DNA of 62,059 nt from positions 1 to 62,059 of the forward strand of contig CACKSF010000002.1 of the NCBI GenBank assembly GCA_902602795.1, in the 5' to 3' direction. How positions within the stretch are numbered: the first letter of the stretch is position 1; each line of letters opens with the position of its first letter. The stretch comes from an uncultured Fidelibacterota bacterium. GTDB lineage: Bacteria > Fidelibacterota > Marinisomatia > Marinisomatales > UBA1611. Positions 20,022 through 30,043 of the stretch are shown one piece after another. The position numbers were made by a program, and so were the translations under genes. Below the pieces are notes generated by a model that worked only from the letters and a program-made list of their open reading frames with translations, did not search any database and was not told where the DNA came from.

Positions 20022-20204
20022 TTGGTAATGGAAATCTTTTTAGGTGTTTTTATTTTAATATTAGCCATCGCAGGAATGTCAATCGGCGTTATTTTCAACC
20101 GAAAACCACTAACTGGGTCATGCGGGGGTTTATCCGCAGAGGGTAACTGCTCTATATGCGGAAATGATCCTAATAGATGTGATAATGAAAGTACAATAAG
20201 TTAA
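20022..20204 (+). CDS. nqrM: (Na+)-NQR maturation factor NqrM (DUF539)
   Basis: 60 aa with a single TM followed by FNRKPLTGSCGG...C..CG, the Cys-rich NqrM signature. It is convergent with apbE and the two stop codons share TTAA at 20201-20204. Confidence 0.8.
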   Translation: MVMEIFLGVFILILAIAGMSIGVIFNRKPLTGSCGGLSAEGNCSICGNDPNRCDNESTIS

Positions 20205-21262
20205 AACTTCTTCATCTCAAAAATAGGTTCAATAATCCTAAAATTACCTTTTTTTGTAATTACTCTGGTTTCCTCGCTAGTTTTTAATAACCAGGTTGCC
20301 CAGATATTTTTAAAATTATCTAAAATTTTTAGACCATCTTCATAAGGTAAAGACATCAAAGCTGTAGCCCAGGCATCAGCCTCCATGCATGTTTCAGCAA
20401 TAACTGATACAGATAAGACATTTGTTTGAACAGGAAACCCTGTTTTTGGATTAATTGTGTGTCCTAGAATCGTTCCATCAAGATCAACAAAATTTCTATA
20501 ATTTGCTGAGGTAGCCACAGCACCAGATTCTCCTTCAAATATTCCAAAGAAAGGTTCTTGAGCAATACCTAAGCTTGATGGAGGGTTCTCAAGTCCAATG
20601 GTCCATTTGTCAAGATTCCTATTATGTCCAGAAAACCTCACTTCACCACCAATTTCAACAAAAATATTTTCATAACCTAAAGATTTAACGTAATTAAAAA
20701 TAATATCTACTCCATATCCTTTGGCAATTGCATTTAAATCAATTCGGGTCTTTTTATGTTTTTTTATAAGACTATTTTTTTCTGCACTTAAAAATTGAAA
20801 CCCTGTATATGCCAAAACAGAATCAATTTTATTTTTTTCTGGAATTCCTGATTTTGGATTTGGACCAAAACCCCAAAGAGAAAGCAAATCAAAAACTGTA
20901 ATATCAAACATTCCCTGTGATTTTTCAGAAATAGCTAATGCTTCTTTTACAACGATATAAAAGTACTTAGAAACTTTAAAGGAATCTAATGAGTTCCACC
21001 TGTTGAAGGTTGAAATTTCACTTTTGGGGTCCCATGTTGACATTTGCAAGTTAAAATCAACCAGTATAGAATCGATTGAAGCTTTTAGTTCATCACTATT
21101 AATATATTTATCAGTGACTATTTTTATATTGTATGTAGTACCCATTGTTTCTCCATTAAATGAGAATTGAGTAGTATGAGTGCTACAATTGAAACAGAAT
21201 AATAAAAAACCCAACAAAAGTTGGGTTTTTATGAAAAATTTAAAAATAAAAGATTTATCCAA
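20201..21262 (-). CDS. apbE: FAD:protein FMN transferase (flavin transferase for NqrB/NqrC)
   Basis: 353 aa ApbE family with an N-terminal lipoprotein-like signal (LLFCFNCS). It lies immediately downstream of nqrF. Confidence 0.9.
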   Translation of the reverse strand: MDKSFIFKFFIKTQLLLGFLLFCFNCSTHTTQFSFNGETMGTTYNIKIVTDKYINSDELKASIDSILVDFNLQMSTWDPKSEISTFNRWNSLDSFKVSKYFYIVVKEALAISEKSQGMFDITVFDLLSLWGFGPNPKSGIPEKNKIDSVLAYTGFQFLSAEKNSLIKKHKKTRIDLNAIAKGYGVDIIFNYVKSLGYENIFVEIGGEVRFSGHNRNLDKWTIGLENPPSSLGIAQEPFFGIFEGESGAVATSANYRNFVDLDGTILGHTINPKTGFPVQTNVLSVSVIAETCMEADAWATALMSLPYEDGLKILDNFKNIWATWLLKTSEETRVITKKGNFRIIEPIFEMKKF

Positions 21263-22484
21263 AGCTGTCGTATGCTATCATTTCTTTTTCTACTCCTAAA
21301 CTATCAAGCATGTTGTCACAAGCATTAATCATAGGAGGAGGGCCGCACATATAATACTCAAGTTCAGTAGGATCTTCATGATCTTTAAGGTATTGATCGT
21401 GAAGGACTTGATGAATAAAGCCGGTAGATCCTTTCCAATTATCTTCTTTCATCGGCTCCGAAAGAGCTACATTGTAAGAAAAATTTGGAAATTGTTTTTC
21501 AATTTCTTTGAATTGATCGTCATAAAACATTTCTCTAACAGATCGGGCACCATACCAAAAAGAAACTTTTCTTCCGGTTTTTAAAGTATGAAACAAATGA
21601 AAAAGATGAGATCTCATTGGTGCCATACCCGCTCCACCGCCAATATAAACCATTTCCCTGTCAGTATCTTTAATAAAAAACTCTCCGTAGGGACCAGAGA
21701 CTATTACCTTATCACCAGGTTTCAAATTAAAGATATATGAAGAGGCTAATCCTGGAGGTGCTTCATTCCACAAAGGAGGTGGCGGAGTGGCTATCCTAAC
21801 ATTAAGCATAACTCTATTGCCTTCTGCGGGATGGTTTGCCATTGAATAGGCTCTAAAAACAGGCTCTTCATTGTTTGCTACTAAATCCCAAATTTTATAT
21901 TGATCCCAATCTGGATGGTATTCATTTTCGACATCAAATCCACTAAACTTTAAGTTATGATATTCAGGAATATCAATTTGTATGTACCCACCTGCTTGAA
22001 AATTTAAATTCTCACCTTCGGGTAAGTTTAGAACAAGTTCTTTAATAAATGTTGCCACATTATTGTTTGATTCTACTGTTGCTTCCCATTTTTGAATACT
22101 GAAAATTTCATCAGGAACTTTAATCTTCATATTCTCTTTAATTTTTACCTGACATGCTAATCGCCAATTATCTTTAGCTTTCGTCCTGTTGATATGCCCT
22201 GTTTCAGTTGGTAGAATATCCCCACCGCCCTCAAGTACTTGACATTCACACATTGCGCATGTTCCACCTCCACCGCAAGCAGAAGGTAAGAAAACGGACT
22301 GGCCCGCTAATGCTGTGAGCAAGGTACCCCCTGGCTTAGTTACAATATCTTTATCATTTTCACCGTTGATATTAATCCTAATATCTCCTTGAGGAAGTAG
22401 CTTACTTTCTGCGAAGTTTAAAATAGAGACAAGGACTAGAACGAGTCCTGTAAAAACTAAAATACTAAGAAAAATTTGTTCCAT
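21255..22484 (-). CDS. nqrF: Na+-translocating NADH:quinone oxidoreductase subunit F
   Basis: 409 aa with an N-terminal TM, 2Fe-2S ferredoxin cysteines ([12 protein letters not shown]), an FAD-binding RAYSMAN motif and an NADH-binding GGGAGMAP motif. Confidence 0.96.
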   Translation of the reverse strand: MEQIFLSILVFTGLVLVLVSILNFAESKLLPQGDIRININGENDKDIVTKPGGTLLTALAGQSVFLPSACGGGGTCAMCECQVLEGGGDILPTETGHINRTKAKDNWRLACQVKIKENMKIKVPDEIFSIQKWEATVESNNNVATFIKELVLNLPEGENLNFQAGGYIQIDIPEYHNLKFSGFDVENEYHPDWDQYKIWDLVANNEEPVFRAYSMANHPAEGNRVMLNVRIATPPPPLWNEAPPGLASSYIFNLKPGDKVIVSGPYGEFFIKDTDREMVYIGGGAGMAPMRSHLFHLFHTLKTGRKVSFWYGARSVREMFYDDQFKEIEKQFPNFSYNVALSEPMKEDNWKGSTGFIHQVLHDQYLKDHEDPTELEYYMCGPPPMINACDNMLDSLGVEKEMIAYDSFG

Positions 22485-23113
22485 TATAGATCGATTCCTG
22501 AAAAAGCCATGAACGCCATTGAGACTAGGCCGGTTAACAACATGGTAATTCCTACACCTCTAAGCTGAGGAGGCACATTAGAATACCTAATTCTATGCCG
22601 AATTGCCGCCATGGAAGCAATAGCTAGAAAAAAACCAATTCCTGATCCAAAACCATACACAGTAGATTCAACAAATGTATAATTTCTTTCAACTAAAAAC
22701 ATAGACCCACCTAGAATTGCACAATTCACAGCAATCAAAGGAAGGAAAATTCCCAAACTAATGTATAATTTTGGAGCAAATTTATCTAAAGTCATTTCTA
22801 CTAGTTGTACCATAGCTGCAATAACAGCTATAAAAATTATACTATTTAGGAAACTTAGATCAATTACATTATTACCATCAATGCCAAAATCAGCATTAAT
22901 CCAAGATAGTGCACCTTCTTTAAGCAGAAAATTATGAATGGCCCAATTGGCAGGAGCTGTTATCGTTAATACAAAAATTACTGCAAATCCAAGACCAATG
23001 GATGTATCAACTTTCTTAGATATTGCAAGAAAGGAGCACATGCCTAAAAAGTATGCTAGCAATATATTTTCAATAAAAATTGCTTTAGTAAGTATACTAA
23101 TATAATGTTCCAT
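22484..23113 (-). CDS. nqrE: Na+-NQR subunit E
   Basis: [26 protein letters not shown] is almost identical to Vibrio NqrE N-termini. The tracked ORF starts further upstream at 23137. Confidence 0.93.
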   Translation of the reverse strand: MEHYISILTKAIFIENILLAYFLGMCSFLAISKKVDTSIGLGFAVIFVLTITAPANWAIHNFLLKEGALSWINADFGIDGNNVIDLSFLNSIIFIAVIAAMVQLVEMTLDKFAPKLYISLGIFLPLIAVNCAILGGSMFLVERNYTFVESTVYGFGSGIGFFLAIASMAAIRHRIRYSNVPPQLRGVGITMLLTGLVSMAFMAFSGIDL

Positions 23114-23117
23114 TCTT

Positions 23118-23744
23118 TTAGTCCTCTTCCACCCCACTAGCGATACGATGAACCCATACTATAAGACCTAAGATAATAAATGCTCCAGGAGATAAAACCA
23201 TGATACCCATGTTTTGATAGCCTGCGGCATAAAGCGATTCTGGAATCACTGTATATCCGTAAATAGATCCATTACCCAATAACTCTCTAAAAAAAGCAAC
23301 TGAAATTAAAATACCACCATAACCAAGACCATTACCTAGTCCATCTAGAAACGATTTTCCAGGTGTGTTTTGCATTGCAAAAGCTTCGGCCCTACCCATA
23401 ACAATGCAATTAGTAATAATCAATGCTACAAACACAGAAAGCTGTTTACTAATATCATACATGTAGGCTTGTAAAATCTGATCAGTCAAAATAACTAAAG
23501 TAGCAATAACAGATAATTGGACAATGATCCTTACCTTACCAGGTATCATAGTCCTTAACAATGAAATTACTGTATTAGAAACGGATAAAACAGCCACAAC
23601 TGCGAGGGTCATAACTACAGCTGTATTTAATTGAACTGTTACTGCGAGCGCAGAACAAATTCCTAATACTTGCAAACTAATTGGATTATTTTTCATTAAT
23701 GGATCAGTTAAAGCTACTTTTGATTTTTTATCTAAGAAATCCAC
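23118..23744 (-). CDS. nqrD: Na+-NQR subunit D
   Basis: 208 aa Rnf/Nqr D/E family ([29 protein letters not shown]). Confidence 0.94.
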   Translation of the reverse strand: MDFLDKKSKVALTDPLMKNNPISLQVLGICSALAVTVQLNTAVVMTLAVVAVLSVSNTVISLLRTMIPGKVRIIVQLSVIATLVILTDQILQAYMYDISKQLSVFVALIITNCIVMGRAEAFAMQNTPGKSFLDGLGNGLGYGGILISVAFFRELLGNGSIYGYTVIPESLYAAGYQNMGIMVLSPGAFIILGLIVWVHRIASGVEED

Positions 23745-23749
23745 TACTA

Positions 23750-24445
23750 TTATCCTTGTCTGACATTTTTTAAAAAAGATTCATATTTCCTAAGGTCGTC
23801 TACAAGGAATGATTCTAATCCTTTACTAGTAATGGTAGCACCAGAAATACCATCAACTTCATAATTACTGGTTGGGTCTGCCTTTCCTTTCACAACTTTA
23901 ATACCAACCAGTTCACCTTGGTCATCAATGAATTTTTTTCCTACAAAATTATTTTGGAACCAAGCTTTATCTACCTCTCCTCCTAGACCAGGAGTCTCTT
24001 TATGGGCATAAAAAGTAATACCTTTTGCGGTAACTCCATCAGGTTCTATAGCAAAAAATCCATAGAGAGTAGACCACAAACCCTTTCCTGAAATGGGTAT
24101 CGCATAACCTTTGATTTCCTTATCAACTTTACTAATGTAGATAGGAAAATTATTTTCATCTGTTTCAGCATCAATGGTTTTTGGATCGAGATTGGTTCTT
24201 TTACCATTAATGTCCAAAACAATAGCTGTAATATTTTTATTAAACATGTTTTGTATTTCATTTGGACCCCATGGACTTTTAGGATCTTCTTTAAAACCTA
24301 AACAAGATAGAATATTCTTTTTACTGTCGTTTTCAACATTCAACTCTTGAATTTCTTTTAAAGATCCAGCGGCTACTGATAGAAATGATCCAAGAATTAC
24401 AGCTACAATAGTCATAAAACCAAGGGTGTATTTATTACTGTGCAT
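23750..24445 (-). CDS. nqrC: Na+-NQR subunit C (covalent FMN)
   Basis: Single N-terminal TM and the FMN-attachment motif [10 protein letters not shown]. The ATG at 24445 (MHSNKYT...) fits family length; the tracked ORF extends to 24493. Confidence 0.92.
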   Translation of the reverse strand: MHSNKYTLGFMTIVAVILGSFLSVAAGSLKEIQELNVENDSKKNILSCLGFKEDPKSPWGPNEIQNMFNKNITAIVLDINGKRTNLDPKTIDAETDENNFPIYISKVDKEIKGYAIPISGKGLWSTLYGFFAIEPDGVTAKGITFYAHKETPGLGGEVDKAWFQNNFVGKKFIDDQGELVGIKVVKGKADPTSNYEVDGISGATITSKGLESFLVDDLRKYESFLKNVRQG

Positions 24446-25619
24446 ACCGCACCATTCTTTTTTTAATATTACTCTGAACAACAAAATAGTCAATCAATGG
24501 AGCAAAGGCATTCATTAAAAGAATCGCTAACATAATGCCTTCAGGATATGCAGGATTTACACTACGAATAATTACAGTCAAAACCCCAACCAATATTCCA
24601 AATATCCACCTACCTAAATCCGTATGGGCTCCGGTAACAGGCTCGGTAGCCATGAAGACTGTACCAAATAAAAAGCTTCCCATTACTAGATGATAATGAG
24701 GGGGGATTGAAAGCATAGCATTGCTTGAGTAAGGAGATAACAAATTCATTATGTATCCCATCGAAAATAATCCAATTACAGATCCAGCCATGACTCTCCA
24801 ACTTGTTATACCTACTAGGACCAAAAATCCTGCACCAAACATAATTATAATCTTATTAGTTTCACCTATTGAACCTGGGATCCAGCCTAAAAACATATTC
24901 ATCCAAGAGAAATCAAATACTAAATCAGCACTTGCTTGATTCAAAAGATCTAGAGCATTAGCATTTGTCTGTCCGGCAGGAATACTTAGTGCGGTAGGTC
25001 CCGAGTACCCATCAGGAGCAAGAGCCCATACTTTATCACCTGAAATATCAACTGGATAGGTAAAATATAGAAAAGCCCTTGCCATTAATGCTGGATTGAA
25101 AATATTCATCCCGACTCCACCAAAAATTTCTTTACCGATAACAATTCCAAATGATGTAGCTACCGCAACTTGCCAAAGAGGAATAGATGGAGGTAGAGTT
25201 AAAGGTATAAGAGCACATGTAACTAAAAATCCTTCTGAAATTGGATGTTTTCTGACAATTCCAAATAACAGTTCCCAAAATGCACCAGAGGCAAAAGTCA
25301 CTGCTATAACTGGTATAATTGAAATTGCTCCCGTAATCAAATTTTCTATCCAAGAGGATGAATAGCCAAATGTCAGAGATCTCTGATATCCAACGTTGAT
25401 TGCTCCAAATATGTAACAGGGAACCAAAGCTATGACTACAAGAATCATAACACGTTTAATATCAACACTATCTCTAACGTGGGGACCCGAAACAGTGCGC
25501 TCATCCGTGCTAAATAAAATTGTGTCTGTGGCCTCAAAAACAGGAGCAAGTTTTTCAAACTTTCCCCCACTTTCAAAATGGGGTGCTAAATCATCTAGTA
25601 AATTCCTAAGCCATTTCAT
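24435..25619 (-). CDS. nqrB: Na+-NQR subunit B
   Basis: 394 aa polytopic NqrB/RnfD family with the FMN-attachment region SGPTALS-type (YSGPTALS). Confidence 0.94.
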   Translation of the reverse strand: MKWLRNLLDDLAPHFESGGKFEKLAPVFEATDTILFSTDERTVSGPHVRDSVDIKRVMILVVIALVPCYIFGAINVGYQRSLTFGYSSSWIENLITGAISIIPVIAVTFASGAFWELLFGIVRKHPISEGFLVTCALIPLTLPPSIPLWQVAVATSFGIVIGKEIFGGVGMNIFNPALMARAFLYFTYPVDISGDKVWALAPDGYSGPTALSIPAGQTNANALDLLNQASADLVFDFSWMNMFLGWIPGSIGETNKIIIMFGAGFLVLVGITSWRVMAGSVIGLFSMGYIMNLLSPYSSNAMLSIPPHYHLVMGSFLFGTVFMATEPVTGAHTDLGRWIFGILVGVLTVIIRSVNPAYPEGIMLAILLMNAFAPLIDYFVVQSNIKKRMVRYAQ

Positions 25620-25621
25620 AA

Positions 25622-26953
25622 TTAGCCTTCTAATTCCATTAAATCAAGTCCATCTCTAATGACTTTTCCAACATCTATTTTACTAGGGCATGCAAAAGAG
25701 CATAATGCAAAATCCTCATCATCGCATTCCCATATTCCTAACTTTTCCATCTCTTCGATATCTTGAGATAAAATAGCTCTATATAAAGGGTTAGGAAGAA
25801 TATCCATAGGTAATACTTTTTCCCAAGCGTTAATTGGCACCATAGCTCTTTTTTCACCGTTTTGTGATGTAGTAAAATTAAATAATGAATTGGTTAAAGT
25901 TAAAAACGTATTTGTAAGACTATATTTTGTTTTACTGCTGCCTAAACTCAGCATACCAAGAAAAGGTCTTTTTACCTCGTCGTCTAGGATAGTAATAGTA
26001 GAGTCGTACAATCCAATAAAATGATCATTACTAACAGTGTCACCTGTTAAAACATCACCTGAAATAAGTCGAACTGACTTATCATCGGATTGATTTGTAA
26101 GAAAAGAATCAATCTTTGCTCCAGTCCAGGTTTTCACTACATCTGGCTTGCTTGCTCCGGAACCACCAATTGAAACAATAATTTTGGGATCATAGGAACC
26201 GGTCTTAAACAACCTACCAATTGTAATAACATGCTGAGCATTCACAGTCCAAATAATATCATTAGGCCTTAGAGGCTTTGTATGATGAATTTGCACGCCA
26301 ACATTTCCAGAAGGATGTGGCCCCGAAATTGTTTGAATCTGTGCATCCTCAAAAGTCATTTTATTTTTTAAGGTTAAAAATACTTCACCTGATGTTAATT
26401 TACTAAGCGCTGTTAACCCGAGTTGGAACGATTCTTTATCTTGAGTTATGACTTTATTTAAATCTACTGATAAAGGACCAGTATTATATCCAGATATAAA
26501 AATATCTCTTGGAATAATATTTGGATCTGCAACTTTATTAAATGGCCTTTGACGAATTAATGAAAATAAATTAGAGTTAACCACATAACTTAAAATTGTT
26601 TTTCGATCAGAAGATTTAATTTGTTCTTTAGATAGAACATCGCTTTTTAAAGCTTCATCACCATCGACAGAGATTTCAATTTTTTCAATAGCTCTCCTGG
26701 CACCATATTTTATTTCTTTTATTATTCCATTTGCCGGTGATGCCCATTTCACGTCCGGCTTTGTTTTATCAAAAAAAAGTGCTTGTCCAATTTTGACTTT
26801 TTCTCCATTGGATACCATTAATTTTGGCTTTACACCTCTAAACTGGTTAGGCATTAAGGCAACACTCAAACATGGAATTTTAGAAAAAGAATTATTCGAG
26901 GGTACTCCCGACATCTTAATGTTATGTCCTTTTTTTAGAACTATATTTTTCAA
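25622..26953 (-). CDS. nqrA: Na+-NQR subunit A
   Basis: 443 aa. IVLKKGHNIKMSGVPS aligns with the Vibrio NqrA N-terminus ITIKKGLDLPIAGTPS. The only plausible start is TTG at 26953, 15 nt after the nuoN stop. Confidence 0.93.
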   Translation of the reverse strand: MKNIVLKKGHNIKMSGVPSNNSFSKIPCLSVALMPNQFRGVKPKLMVSNGEKVKIGQALFFDKTKPDVKWASPANGIIKEIKYGARRAIEKIEISVDGDEALKSDVLSKEQIKSSDRKTILSYVVNSNLFSLIRQRPFNKVADPNIIPRDIFISGYNTGPLSVDLNKVITQDKESFQLGLTALSKLTSGEVFLTLKNKMTFEDAQIQTISGPHPSGNVGVQIHHTKPLRPNDIIWTVNAQHVITIGRLFKTGSYDPKIIVSIGGSGASKPDVVKTWTGAKIDSFLTNQSDDKSVRLISGDVLTGDTVSNDHFIGLYDSTITILDDEVKRPFLGMLSLGSSKTKYSLTNTFLTLTNSLFNFTTSQNGEKRAMVPINAWEKVLPMDILPNPLYRAILSQDIEEMEKLGIWECDDEDFALCSFACPSKIDVGKVIRDGLDLMELEG

Positions 26954-26968
26954 TTTTTTTCTTCAGAT

Positions 26969-28462
26969 TTATAAAGTTTGTATAAAAAATACTAACGAAT
27001 TTTGTATCCAATTAGCAACAGGATTCCAATAAATTCCTAATAATAATGACGGGACAGCAGTAATAATCAAAGCACCAGAAAGTGTATTGGGGGGAAACAA
27101 AATTTTATCCGTTCTTTCCCCTTCAAAATACATATATTTTACTACTTTTAAGTAATAATATAGAGAAACCACACTGTTAATTCCGCCTATAATGACTAAC
27201 CAATAGAAAGTGCTGCCTCCTTTAATTAGCGATGCAAAAATATAAAATTTCCCAATAAAACCAGCTGTTGGAGGTAACCCTGTTAGGGAAACCATGAAAA
27301 GAGTCATAGCAGCACCAACAATAGGCATCTCCCAACCAAGACCCTTATAGTCATTAAATGATTCACCGTCTGTTTTATTTTTAACAATTATAACAACAAA
27401 AAATGCACCTAAATTCATAAACAAATACATAACTAAATACATCATAATTGCATAGATACTATCTCCTGACATCACAGGCATAGCAAGTAGCATGTATCCT
27501 GCATGGGCAATGCTAGAATACGCTAACATTCGTTTTATGCTTTCTTGTTGTAAGGCGACCACATTCCCCAATGTCATAGTTGCTACAGAAAGAATACTTA
27601 ATATTTCTGGCCATGGTAGCTGTGTAAGCGAAATGGAGTCTAGACCATTCATAGCACCTCCATCGGCAAACGTTTGATTAAAAAATCTAATCATTAACGC
27701 AAAGGCTGCGGCTTTAGGAGCAACAGATAAGTAAGCTGTAATTGAAAGAGGAGCGCCTTCGTAAACATCTGGAGTCCAGAAATGAAATGGAACAGCTGAA
27801 ATTTTATAACCAAATCCTGCTAAAATCATCACGATTGCAAGTGTAAGAGCTGTACTAGATGCGAGGTCAAGTTGAGTCACTGACTGCTGAATTTGAAATA
27901 TATTCGTACTTCCCGTTAGCCCAAAAATATAGCTTAAACCAAACAGCATAATTCCAGAGCTAAACCCACCGTAGACAACATATTTAAGGGCGGCTTCATT
28001 GGATCTTGCTTTTTTCTTGAGGTAACCTGCCAAAACAAAAGACATAATAGAGACAATTTCTATTGATATATATATCATAATCAAATCAATAGATGAGACC
28101 ATAAGAAATAATCCAAAAGTTATGATACCCAATAATGCGAAATACTCTCCCTTTCTGTACTCATCTAGTTCTCCAGAAGATAAACTAACAATAGAAACAA
28201 GTATAGTTGCTAAAATAACGATTTGCTTAAAGAAGGATGCGAAAGGATCTAAGACAATTGCATCACTAAATAAGGTAGTAGTTTTTAAACCATTTTGAAA
28301 ATGAATAGCTAAGGCAACGAATGCAAGTCCAGTAATGACAACCCAACCAACCCTTCCAGAAATAGACTTATCAATAAACAAGTCGTATATAATTGCGCCT
28401 AAAATGACTACAGTCAGAATTAGCTCAGGATAAAAAAAGGATATGCTTTGAAAGTTGCTCAT
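26969..28462 (-). CDS. nuoN: NADH-quinone oxidoreductase (NDH-1) subunit N
   Basis: 497 aa antiporter-like Mrp/NuoN family, and the last gene of the nuo cluster. Confidence 0.92.
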   Translation of the reverse strand: MSNFQSISFFYPELILTVVILGAIIYDLFIDKSISGRVGWVVITGLAFVALAIHFQNGLKTTTLFSDAIVLDPFASFFKQIVILATILVSIVSLSSGELDEYRKGEYFALLGIITFGLFLMVSSIDLIMIYISIEIVSIMSFVLAGYLKKKARSNEAALKYVVYGGFSSGIMLFGLSYIFGLTGSTNIFQIQQSVTQLDLASSTALTLAIVMILAGFGYKISAVPFHFWTPDVYEGAPLSITAYLSVAPKAAAFALMIRFFNQTFADGGAMNGLDSISLTQLPWPEILSILSVATMTLGNVVALQQESIKRMLAYSSIAHAGYMLLAMPVMSGDSIYAIMMYLVMYLFMNLGAFFVVIIVKNKTDGESFNDYKGLGWEMPIVGAAMTLFMVSLTGLPPTAGFIGKFYIFASLIKGGSTFYWLVIIGGINSVVSLYYYLKVVKYMYFEGERTDKILFPPNTLSGALIITAVPSLLLGIYWNPVANWIQNSLVFFIQTL

Positions 28463-28470
28463 ATCTGCTA

Positions 28471-30018
28471 CTACATACTGGCGTAAGAGCCAAGAGAAAC
28501 GACATGATTGATAATAGTATCCATAGTACTGGCAATAAGATCAATGTAGGGAGCTGGATAGATACCAAAAAATAGAGTAATGATTAATAATGGTACTACT
28601 GTAAACAATTCTAGACGGTTAATCTCAGGAAGGTTTGAATACTTTTCATTTAGCTTTCCAAAAAACACTCTCTGAAATGCCCATAAAAAATAGGCAGCAT
28701 TCAGAAGAATACCGATTGTTGAAGCAATAACGATCCAACGATAAACAGGGAAAGCTCCTATAAAACACATTGCCTCACTAATAAAGCCGGATAGGCCCGG
28801 CAGACCTAGTCCTGCAAAAAAAGCTATGGCAGTGATTCCAGTGTAGACAGGCATTTGACTAGCAAGACCCCCAAAACCTTCGATATCTCTATGGTGGGCT
28901 CTTTCATAAATAACTCCAACTAAGATAAAAAGCATAGCAGAGATTGTTCCATGGTTAAACATTTGAAAAACTGCACCACCCAATCCAGCCTGAGCAGCTT
29001 TCATATTTAATCCGTGAGATTCACCAGCAGCCACGACAGCGGCCATACCAATCAGAGAATATCCCATGTGATTTACACTTGAATAGGCTACTAATTTTTT
29101 TAGATCTGTTTGAGCAAGAGCGCAAAGCCCTCCCCACACAACATTAACAAGCCCTAGCAAAGCTAGTGCATAAGAAAACCAATAAACTCCATCAGGCATT
29201 AGGCCATAATTCACTCTAAGTATTCCATAAACACCTAATTTTAGGAGAATTCCAGCTAATAAAACGGAAATCGCAGTTGGAGCTTCAACATGAGCAAGCG
29301 GCAGCCACGTGTGGAAAGGAAAAACAGGGACTTTTATGGCAAACCCAATAAATATAAGAACCCAGATAACCTTTATTGCGCTAATCCCCCACCAAAGGAT
29401 ACCACTTAATGCTTCGGGAGCAACTTGAGTAAGCTCGATAATGTTGAAAGTCTTCCCGCAAGTAAAGTATAATCCTAAAACACCTATCAACATAAGAACG
29501 GAACCAAAAAGAGTATATAAGAAAAACTTTATAGCTGCATATTCCCTTTGCGGCCCTCCCCACATACCTATAAGGAAATACATCGGTAGTAACATCACTT
29601 CCCAGAAAATATAAAAAAGAAAAAAGTCCAATGAAAGGAATACACCCATAACACCCGTATTTAGCAAAAGGAACAATGCAAAATATCCTTTCACCGCCTT
29701 TTTAGTATTCCAGCTAACGAATACACCTATAAAAAACAGTAACCCTGTCAAAATAACCATGGGAATACTCAAGCCGTCGACTCCAAGATAATATTCAATA
29801 TTAAAGGACGGAATCCACTCATACTTTTCTTCAAATTGTATCGATCCTATCGAAGAATCAAAATTATTCCACAGGACCAGGGTCAATAAAAATTGTAAAC
29901 CTGTTGCAATTGCTGAAACAATCTTTATTAAATCAACTTTATCTCTTGGTATAAATGCAATAGCCGCTACCCCAATAATAGGTAACCAGATTAACCAACT
30001 CAGTATATTATAATCCAT
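28471..30018 (-). CDS. nuoM: NDH-1 subunit M
   Basis: 515 aa antiporter-like subunit (FHTWLPLAHVEAPTA). Confidence 0.93.
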   Translation of the reverse strand: MDYNILSWLIWLPIIGVAAIAFIPRDKVDLIKIVSAIATGLQFLLTLVLWNNFDSSIGSIQFEEKYEWIPSFNIEYYLGVDGLSIPMVILTGLLFFIGVFVSWNTKKAVKGYFALFLLLNTGVMGVFLSLDFFLFYIFWEVMLLPMYFLIGMWGGPQREYAAIKFFLYTLFGSVLMLIGVLGLYFTCGKTFNIIELTQVAPEALSGILWWGISAIKVIWVLIFIGFAIKVPVFPFHTWLPLAHVEAPTAISVLLAGILLKLGVYGILRVNYGLMPDGVYWFSYALALLGLVNVVWGGLCALAQTDLKKLVAYSSVNHMGYSLIGMAAVVAAGESHGLNMKAAQAGLGGAVFQMFNHGTISAMLFILVGVIYERAHHRDIEGFGGLASQMPVYTGITAIAFFAGLGLPGLSGFISEAMCFIGAFPVYRWIVIASTIGILLNAAYFLWAFQRVFFGKLNEKYSNLPEINRLELFTVVPLLIITLFFGIYPAPYIDLIASTMDTIINHVVSLGSYASM

Positions 30019-30043
30019 TTACTCCCCTACTCAACCTTTTGTG

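Noticed and set aside
15188-24493. Longer N-terminal extensions proposed by the ORF track for pdxS (to 16099), the PduO adenosyltransferase (to 18551), the permease (to 19984), nqrE (to 23137) and nqrC (to 24493).
   Set aside because: Family N-termini align with internal ATG codons (16069, 18494, 19912, 23113, 24445). The extensions overlap the upstream genes extensively and have no conserved counterpart.
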